Assembly (NCBI RefSeq): GCF_006345805.1
Contig: NW_021829761.1
Location: 1-6,659 of the forward strand
Direction: 5' to 3'
Length of the DNA stretch: 6,659 nt
Source: Octopus sinensis
Lineage: Eukaryota
Position numbers and translations under genes: made by a program. The notes below the pieces were generated by a model. The model was not told where the DNA came from. It did no database searches and saw only the letters and a list, made by a program, of their open reading frames with translations. Below are positions 1 through 6,659 of the stretch, piece by piece (the stretch's first letter is position 1; the number at the start of each line of letters is the position of its first letter).

Positions 1-1728
1 TGGTCTGTATCAGTGATGTTACTCCCCAATACACTTTATCGGACATAACCTTTGGTGCTCCTGATGTCTTAGCAGCAATAAAGGAAATGAAGCATAAATC
101 AGCAGTAGGTCCCGATAGGTTCCCTGCTTGTGTCTTGAAGATGTGTCAACACCAACTTGCACCCACTCGAGCCAATCTGTGGCGGAACTCACTGGATGCT
201 GGATATATACCAGAAGACCTTCTATCCCAGTCTGTTGTCCCAGTTTTCAAAAAAGGAAACAAATCGCTTGCCGTGAATTACCGTCCAATCTCACTCACCT
301 CTCATATCATTAAGGTATTTGAGAGAGTGCTGAGATCGCGTATGACTCACTTCCTTGAGAGTCATAATATGCTGAACTCCAACCAGCATGGATTCCGTAA
401 TGGGAGAGATTGCCTGACGCAGCTACTGCAACATTTTGAAGTCATTTTGAGAGCCTTGGGAGAGGGTTCCAACACTGATGTCATCTTCCTTGATTTCAGC
501 AAGGCCTTTGACAGGGTTGATCATAAGATCCTTCTGAGAAAGCTGTCCAATATTGGTGTCACTGGAAAGCTGCTGCAGTGGATCAAGTGCTTCCTGGCTA
601 ACAGAACCCAACATGTTGTAGTCGAAGGAGTCAAATCCAGCCCAGCCAAAGTCAGCAGTGGTGTCCCACAAGGCACTGTGTTGGGCCCACTTCTCTTCAT
701 CATCTACATAAATGATATTACTGACACCATCAAACACAGTAACATCAGAACCTTCGCTGATGATTCCCAGCTCCAGAAGGTCATCAATGGTGTGGATGAC
801 CGAATAAACCTTCAGTCAGACCTACTGGCTGTTGTCCAATGGGCGGAAAAGAATAACATGTTGCTAAATGAAGACAAAGTCGAACTGATCCACTTTGGAA
901 GGGAGGACGCTCTGAAACTCCCATACTCTCTTCCTTCTGGAGAAATTCTCATGGCATCCAACAACATAAGAGACTTGGGAGTAACAGTGTACAACAACAT
1001 AAGCTGGGCTACACATATAAGCAGCAAAGTTGACATGGCCCGCAGAATGTGTTCCTGGATTCTCAGAACCTTCCAGTCGAGAGATTCCCACGCTATTATC
1101 CTTCTCTTCTCCACTTTTGCCTGACCCCCACGTTGAATACTGCTGTCCACTGTGGTCTCCTTACACAAAACAAAATATTATGAGAATTGAAGCTCCCCAA
1201 AGGTCAATCACAAAAAAGATAGATGGCATGTCAGACCTTGACTACTGGGGTAGACTAGAGAAGCTGAAATTGTATTCACTCCAACGACGCCGTGAACGCT
1301 ACATTATCTGTATGATGTGGAAAATATTCCATCAGTACTGTCCGAATGATGTTGGCATCACCTTCAAAATGCATCCAAGGCTTGGACCACGTGCCATCCG
1401 TCCACAACAAAAATCTAAATCGCATCACATAACGACAATACGGCACAACTATTTCACCTCAATTGGACCCGCTCTCTTCAACATTACACCAGGACACGTC
1501 AAAAAAGATACTGACCACACAAAATTCAAGAAGTCTTTGGACAAATTCCTTCAAACAGTACCGGACAAACCACCCACAACCGGATATGTCTCCGCAAACA
1601 ATAACTCTCTGCTCGAATGGGCCTTGGTGCCCAAATCCTGAACTGAAAGACTTCGCCAGGTGGTGCTATTAAGTTAGACATGGCCTGGGCCAATACTGGC
1701 CAAAACCTTTCTAAGTTATTCTAAGTTA
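1..1728 (+). mobile_element. 3' portion of a non-LTR retrotransposon (CR1/L2 group): RT-coding region, 3' UTR and tandem tail; runs off the left edge
   Basis: RT motifs in one frame: GPD, NYRPISLTS, QHGFR (384-398), DFSKAFD (492-512), GVPQGTVLGPLLF (from 660), FADD (753-764), DLGV. The CR1/L2-type C-terminal block PHVEYCCPLWSP...QRSITKKI...LYSLQRRRER follows. Stop at 1639-1641, ~70-bp UTR, then (TTCTAAGTTA)x2 at 1709-1728. No RNase H or LTR seen. Confidence 0.93.
3..1641 (+). pseudogene. LINE ORF2 reverse transcriptase, disrupted
   Basis: The frame of ORF 87..1124 is open back to base 3 (VCISDVTPQYTLSDITFGAPDVLAAIKEMK), so ATG 87 is internal. It ends at TGA 1122-1124, and the homologous C-terminus continues in the frame of ORF 1030..1641 after one extra C in the run 1125-1129. 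Confidence 0.88.
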
Positions 1729-1750
1729 TATATATATATATATATATATA
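1727..1750. repeat. (TA)n microsatellite at the LINE / 704-bp unit junction
   Basis: Pure TA dinucleotide run directly after the LINE tail. Confidence 0.95.
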
Positions 1751-2034
1751 AATAGAAAATGGGACAAGAATGCAAAACATCCGGACACCTAGGTGGTACA
1801 AAAAGGGACAACAAAACATCCAGACAGACGATACAAAGAAAACAAGGACGGGTCATGTGAAGTTTTCTATCTTCAGTCAAGTACCAGATTATCCTTGCAA
1901 TTTCGACCGATTATTCTTGAGGGTGCTCCAATCTGGCCAGCCCCAAGGAAAAACTAAGCTAAGAGCTTTAGATTCCTCGGAAGAAAGCAGCAAATGTATA
2001 CAAAAGAAGGACGGAAAAAATGGACGAAAATGTG

Positions 2035-2427
2035 GTAATTGTTCAGTTTAATGACATAAAAAAGTAAATAAAAATTAAGGGGGAGATAAGTAGTAAAAGC
2101 AGTTTACTTTTTACACAGCATAAGACTAGCGATCACCACCAGAAAGTGAACAAAGGTCTTATTTTTCTCAATGGAATTACACCTGAGAATCTGATGGAGA
2201 TATGAAACAATTCGTCTGATGTCCCAAATTATCGTCTCAACTTCCATTTCACTCACATCCACATATTTTCTTCATTTTCTCTTCGTTCTGATCAGGACAA
2301 TTGATTGTAAAGTAAAGAATGCCTAAGTTGAATTGTTTATGTCCCTTTGTTATGTCCCTTTGATCCTTTTACTACTTACCCCCCCCATTTTTATTTACTT
2401 TTTTACATTAATAAAATGAACAATTAC
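2035..2427. other. ~393-bp module bounded by ~63-bp imperfect inverted repeats (second copy 2739-3131)
   Basis: Three colinear reverse-complement blocks: GTAATTGTTCA 2035-2045 / TGAACAATTAC 2417-2427; TAAAAAAGTAAATAAAAAT 2057-2075 / 2387-2405; TAAGTAGTAAAAG 2087-2099 / CTTTTACTACTTA 2366-2378. Confidence 0.85.
2179..2222 (+). ncRNA. Candidate degenerate minimal type I hammerhead-like motif (second copy 2882-2925)
   Basis: CTGA-GA (2183-2188), hairpin ATCT-gatgg-AGAT (2189-2201), GAAAC (2204-2208), loop AATTC, GTC (2214-2216). Lacks N7 of CUGANGA, and helix I is imperfect. Confidence 0.3.
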
Positions 2428-2453
2428 TATATATATATATATATTATATATAT

Positions 2454-3131
2454 AAATAGAAAATGGGACAAGAATGCAAAACATCCGGACACCTAGGTGG
2501 TACAAAAAGGGACAACAAAACATCCAGACAGACGATACAAAGAAAACAAGGACGGGTCATATGAAGTTTTCTATCTTCAGTCAAGTACCAGATTATCCTT
2601 GCAATTTCGACCGATTATTCTTGAGGGTGCTCCAATCTGGCCAGCCCCAAGGAAAAACTAAGCTAAGAGCTTTAGATTCCTTGGAAGAAAGCAGCAAATG
2701 TATACAAAACAAGGACGGAAAAAATGGACAAAAATGTGGTAATTGTTCAGTTTAATGAGATAAAAAAGTAAATAAAAATTAAGGGGGAGATAAGTAGTAA
2801 AAGCAGTTTACTTTTTACACAGCATAAGACTAGGGATCACCACCAGAAAGTGAACAAAGGTCTTATTTTCTCAATGGAATTACACCTGAGAATCTGATGG
2901 AGATATGAAACAATTCGTCTGATGTCCCAAATTATCGTCTCAACTTCCATTTCACTCACATCCACATATTTTCTTCATTTTCTCTTCGTTCTGATCAGGA
3001 CAATTGATTGTAAAGTAAAGAATGCCTAAGTTGAATTGTTTATGTCCCTTTGTTATGTCCCTTTGATCCTTTTACTACTTACCCCCCCCATTTTTATTTA
3101 CTTTTTTTACATTAATAAAATGAACAATTAC
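2454..3131. repeat. Tandem duplication, copy 2
   Basis: ~99% identical to 1750-2427. Flanked by interrupted (TA)n tracts at 2428-2454 and 3132-3164. Confidence 0.95.
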
Positions 3132-3188
3132 TATATATATATATATATATTATATATATATATAAATACACACACACACAGACATATA

Positions 3189-3584
3189 TACTCTTTTACT
3201 TGTTTCAGTCATTTAACTGCGGCCATGCTGGAGCACTGCCTTTAATCGAGCAACTCGACCCCGGGACTTATCCTTTGTAAGCCTAGTACTTATTTTATTG
3301 GTCTCTTTTGCAGAATCGCTAAGTGACGGGGACATAAACACACCAGCATCGGTTGTCAAGCAATGCTAGGGGAACAAACACAGACACACAAACACACACG
3401 CACATATATATATATATACATATATACGACAGGCTTCTTTCAGTTTCCGTCTACCAAATCCACTCAAAAGGCTTTGGTCGGCCCAAGGCTACAGTAGAAT
3501 ACACTTGCCCAAGCTGCCATGCAGTGGGACTGAACCCGGAACCATGTGGTTGGTAAGCAAGCTGCTTACCACACAGCCACTCCT
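3189..3584 (-). mobile_element. Full-length tRNA-derived SINE (copy A) with internal (CA/TA)n tract
   Basis: On the - strand, A-box-like TGGCTGTGTGG (3569-3579) and B-box-like GGTTCAGTCCC (3526-3536). Body is colinear with 5086-5491. 3' end reads ...GAAACAAGTAAAAGAGTA. Confidence 0.88.
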
Positions 3585-3587
3585 TAA

Positions 3588-3723
3588 TACATATATACAT
3601 ATATACGACAGGCTTCTTTCAGTTTCCGTCTACCAAATCCACTCACAAGGCTTTGGTCGGCCCAAGGCTACAGTAGAAGACACTTGTCCAAGGTGCCACG
3701 CAGTGGGACTGAACCCAGAACCA
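3588..3723 (-). mobile_element. Partial SINE (copy B): internal microsatellite to just past the B box; A box absent
   Basis: Repeats ~3409-3543 at a 179-bp offset. B box at 3705-3715. Confidence 0.88.
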
Positions 3724-3733
3724 TATATATATA

Positions 3734-3838
3734 TGAGCAAAATGCTCCCCGTCCAATGGAGTTGTCAAACATTTAAACCAAATTTTCTCAAAACAACTTG
3801 TCCGACCGTCCCATAGGCCTCCCCTTTGAGAAACACTG
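3734..3838. mobile_element. Orphan end of a hAT-type MITE
   Basis: TTTGAGAAACACTG (3825-3838) reverse-complements to CAGTGTTTCTCAAA, similar to the TIR at 6208. The next 8 bp, ATTTAACC, fit nnnTAnnn. No partner TIR found; the left boundary is a guess. Confidence 0.45.
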
Positions 3839-3883
3839 ATTTAACCTAAATTTGAGACACCAGCAAAAGAAGAAATAAAGAGG

Positions 3884-4656
3884 CACTGGGATATCTGTAG
3901 TCAATCATTCTGTGAATGAAAATACTTAACTAATCATAAGTTAACTCATACCAGAGAGAAACTATACCGCTGGGATATCTGCAGCAAATCATTCTCTCAA
4001 GAAGGTGCTATCATCATCATCATTGTTTAGCGTCCGCTTTCCATGCTGGCATGGGTTGGACGGTTCAACTCGGGTCTGTGAAGCCCAGTCTGATCTGGCA
4101 GTGTTTCTACGGCTGGATGCCCTTCCTAACGCCAACCACTCCGTGAGTGTAGTGAGTACTTTTTACGTGCCACCGACACAGGTGCCAAGCGAGGCTGGCA
4201 AACGGCCACGATCGGATGGTGCTTTTTACGTGCCACCAGCATGGAGGCCACGTTCGGATGGTACTCTTACGTGCCTACGGCACTGGTATCACAGCTACAA
4301 TTTCCATTGATGTTGATCGATTTCGATTTCGATTTTGATAATATATACTCATATATAGTATTGCTGTATATACTCATAAATGTATTGATACGGGAGAGAA
4401 ACCCTATTACTGTGATATCAGTGGTAAATCATTCTCTGTGGAACAATATTGAACTCATCACAAATACATTCATACAGGAGAGAAACCATATCACTGTGAC
4501 ATCTGTGACAAGTCATTCTTTCATAGAGAGAAATAATAAACTAAACACAAACATATTCATTCAGGAGAAGATTCTTATGACTGTGTAATCTGTGCTAAAT
4601 CATTCTCTCAATAATCTACCTTAACTAAACATATACTTATTCATATTGATCAATAA
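3884..4656 (+). pseudogene. Decayed tandem C2H2 zinc-finger array (about five fingers), interrupted by a retroposon
   Basis: 3884-4009 reads HWDICSQSFCE*KYLTNHKLTHTREKLYRWDICSKSFSQEGA. 4366-4656 reads VYTHKCIDTGEKPYYCDISGKSFSVEQY*THHKYIHTGEKPYHCDICDKSFFHREK**TKHKHIHSGEDSYDCVICAKSFSQ*STLTKHILIHIDQ*. TGEKPY linkers and ~84-bp periodicity; stops at 3917, 4450, 4534, 4537 and 4612. Confidence 0.9.
4010..4339 (-). mobile_element. Non-autonomous retroposon with a (GAT)n 3' tail, probably 5'-truncated
   Basis: (ATC)n at 4010-4023 followed by a GC-richer body containing GGCTGGATGCCCTTCCTAACGCCAACC, which I recall as a LINE-3'-end-like motif. Internal repeats TTTTACGTGCCACC at 4161-4174 and 4224-4237, with a variant at 4267-4275; ends in (GATTTC)-like repeats. 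Sits inside a zinc finger. Confidence 0.75.
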
Positions 4657-5085
4657 CAATATCAATGATAAAACAGATGTCCTGCTGAATAAAATACTGC
4701 AAATATATTACTTTTTAGAAAATAAATTCATCTTTCACATTTTTCTCATTTGCATCAACTCACTAATTACGATTTGTGTTTTTTATTCTAACAATATTGA
4801 TTATATTAATTTGCTCTGTTTTCTTGAGGATATATTATTTTGACACAAATGTATTACACTCCAGTTCCCAGCCGTGATCAGTTATCCTCTGCTGGACACG
4901 CTCAGGGATCCCAGGATCTGCACCCTTTGTGCTACTGCCCACATATTCTGGCCCTAGCTGGAGGCTTATTGCTGTTTGTCACAGTTTTGGGTGCAGAGTG
5001 GGAAATATTTTTCAAAAGCTTTATCCGTATCCTACCTTCTGTCCAAATACATCTCAGCTCAACCCATGCAATGGATAATACAACC

Positions 5086-5491
5086 TACTCTTTTACTTGT
5101 TTCAGTCATTTGACTGTGGCCATGCTGGAGCACCGCCATTAGTCGAGCAAGTCAACTCCAGGACTTATTCTTTGTAAGCCTAGTACTTATTCTGTAGGCC
5201 TCTTTTGCCGAACCGCTAAGTTACAGAGACGTAAACACACCAGCATCGGTTGTCAAGCGATGTTGGGGACAAACACAGACACACAAACATACACACACAC
5301 ACATATATATATATATATGTACATATATATGATGGGCTTCTTACAGTTTCCATCTATCAAATCCACTCACAAGGCTTTGGTCAGCCTGAGGCTATAGTAG
5401 AAGACACTTGCCCAAGATGCCACGCAGTGGGACTGAACCCAGAACCATGTGGTTGGTAAGCAAGCTACTTACTACACAGACACTCCTGCGC
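5086..5491 (-). mobile_element. Full-length tRNA-derived SINE (copy C), same family as copy A
   Basis: Colinear with 3189-3584. B box at 5429-5439; A box degenerate (TGTCTGTGTAG, 5472-5482). Confidence 0.88.
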
Positions 5492-5850
<359 letters not shown>

Positions 5851-5993
5851 CAAGCTTCTTTCAGTTTCCGTCTACCAAATCCCCTCACAAGGTTTTGGTC
5901 TGCCTGAGGCTATAGTAGAAGACACTTGCCCAAGGTGCCACGCAGTGGGACTGAACCCAGAACCATGTGGTTGTTAAGCAAGCTACTTGCGCC
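5851..5993 (-). mobile_element. Partial SINE (copy D): head half only, with the A box deleted
   Basis: Matches 5336-5491; B box at 5947-5957. Reads GCTACTT|GCGCC where copy C has GCTACTT-ACTACACAGACACTCCT-GCGC (17 bp missing). Confidence 0.87.
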
Positions 5994-6207
5994 TATATTC
6001 AGATATTATATAAACTATGGAATATTGAACAATAACGTTCTACTATCTTCAGAAACCTGATAAGCCACTGTTGTTTAGCCCCAGGTCATCTCTGACAAGG
6101 TAGATCTATTAATGAAATTTGGTTGTGTTCACGACGGCCACGACTTATAACTTAGCGACCACGGTAGAAGCTCTCTGAACTTTCTTCAGCTTGTTGTTAT
6201 TCTAGCA

Positions 6208-6427
6208 CAGTGGTTTTCAACCAGGGATCCGTGGAACCTTAGGGTTCCGCCAGTACAGTCCAGGGGTTCCGCAAGAAGTTACAAAAATGCTAAAATCGGC
6301 AGTAATTTTTTAATTCTCCTGTGCAGATATGTGTGCATAAGACTATTAAATTATTGCACAGGGGTTCCTCGAGCCAGTGGAATGTTTCCTTGGGGTTCCG
6401 CTCCAGCAAAAAGGTTGAAAAGCACTG
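6208..6427. mobile_element. Complete 220-bp hAT-superfamily MITE (Buster/Charlie-like)
   Basis: 15-bp TIRs CAGTGGTTTTCAACC (6208-6222) and GGTTGAAAAGCACTG (6413-6427), one mismatch. 8-bp TSD TTCTAGCA (6200-6207) / ATCTAGCA (6428-6435) with central TA. Subterminal GGGTTCC repeats near both ends. Confidence 0.92.
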
Positions 6428-6659
6428 ATCTAGCAGCTATGCTTTCGAAGCATCTACCTCCACTTTTGACTTGGTCACCCAGAAAACAAAAGCTCTCAAC
6501 TATTTAGTTCCTCACCCTGGCATGTGACGGGGTCTATTTTGGGGATCATTTGATTCTTTCACCCGCACTTAGGGGAAAAAAAAAGGAAAACTCAGATTTT
6601 TTTGCATGGAATCAAGTACCCTGACCTAATATGCTGCAAACTCCTTATTTTTGTTCAGA

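Larger units (their letters stand above)
1750..2427. repeat. Tandem duplication, copy 1 (704-bp period including the TA spacer); probable non-autonomous mobile element
   Basis: AAATAGAAAATGGG at 1750 and 2454, CAATTAC ending at 2427 and 3131: offset 704 at both ends. Six substitutions and two 1-nt homopolymer indels between copies. Confidence 0.95.

Noticed and set aside
128-1672. Short alternate-frame and antisense ORFs over the LINE
   Set aside because: Shadows of the RT frame with no motifs of their own. Only the part of 1030..1641 after 1129 is real RT sequence.
1861-1940. Possible second hammerhead on the - strand (CTCAAGA...GAAATTGCAA; CTGAAGATAGAAAAC) inside a CCAGATT/AATCTGG stem
   Set aside because: The 7-bp stem (1884-1890 / 1930-1936) is real, but there is no proper helix II and no cleavage triplet in register.
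1770-2755. Twin 93-aa ORFs (1770..2051 and 2474..2755)
   Set aside because: They are twins only because of the duplication. No recognisable domain, A-rich composition, and four of the differences are non-synonymous, so no sign of constraint.
3515-3584. tRNA gene
   Set aside because: A and B boxes are present, but they run into a repeated body with no acceptor stem. It is a SINE head.
3036-3816. ORFs 3036..3245, 3353..3556 and 3505..3816
   Set aside because: Read-through of repeat, microsatellite and SINE sequence; similarity to 5250..5459 reflects the SINE family.
4342-4378. TATATACTCATA direct repeat as a TSD
   Set aside because: Both copies lie on the same side of the insertion and are low complexity.
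4005-5142. ORFs 4005..4310, 4241..4588, 4646..4843 and 4840..5142
   Set aside because: Retroposon read-through, out-of-frame ZNF sequence or AT-rich low complexity. The meaningful ZNF frame is a different one with stops.
6060-6110. Possible fragment of another interspersed repeat (TGTTGTTTAGCCCCAGGTCA)
   Set aside because: Looks familiar, but there is no second copy or structural hallmark in the window; needs a database search.
6439-6453. Hairpin ATGCTT-TCG-AAGCAT
   Set aside because: A single 6-bp stem is expected by chance, and there is no terminator context in eukaryotic DNA.

Overview
Eukaryotic, repeat-saturated DNA with no intact host gene. The repeat families and the C2H2 finger style resemble octopus/cephalopod genomes; this is recognition from memory, not a database hit. 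In order: (1) the 3' ~1.7 kb of a + strand CR1/L2-group LINE, with an RT ORF broken at 1122-1129, a 3' UTR and a 10-bp tandem tail; (2) a 704-bp unit duplicated head-to-tail at ~99% identity between (TA)n tracts, each copy holding a ~393-bp module with ~63-bp inverted ends and a degenerate hammerhead-like motif; (3) two full tRNA-derived SINEs on the - strand, each followed by an extra copy of its head half; (4) a decayed five-finger C2H2 zinc-finger array split by a ~330-bp retroposon; (5) a ~360-bp (TA)n microsatellite; (6) a complete 220-bp hAT (Buster/Charlie-like) MITE with an 8-bp TSD, plus an orphan end of a related element. Apart from the two LINE frames, the listed ORFs look spurious. 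The least explained structure is the duplicated 704-bp unit, which may be a Penelope/retrozyme-like non-autonomous element.
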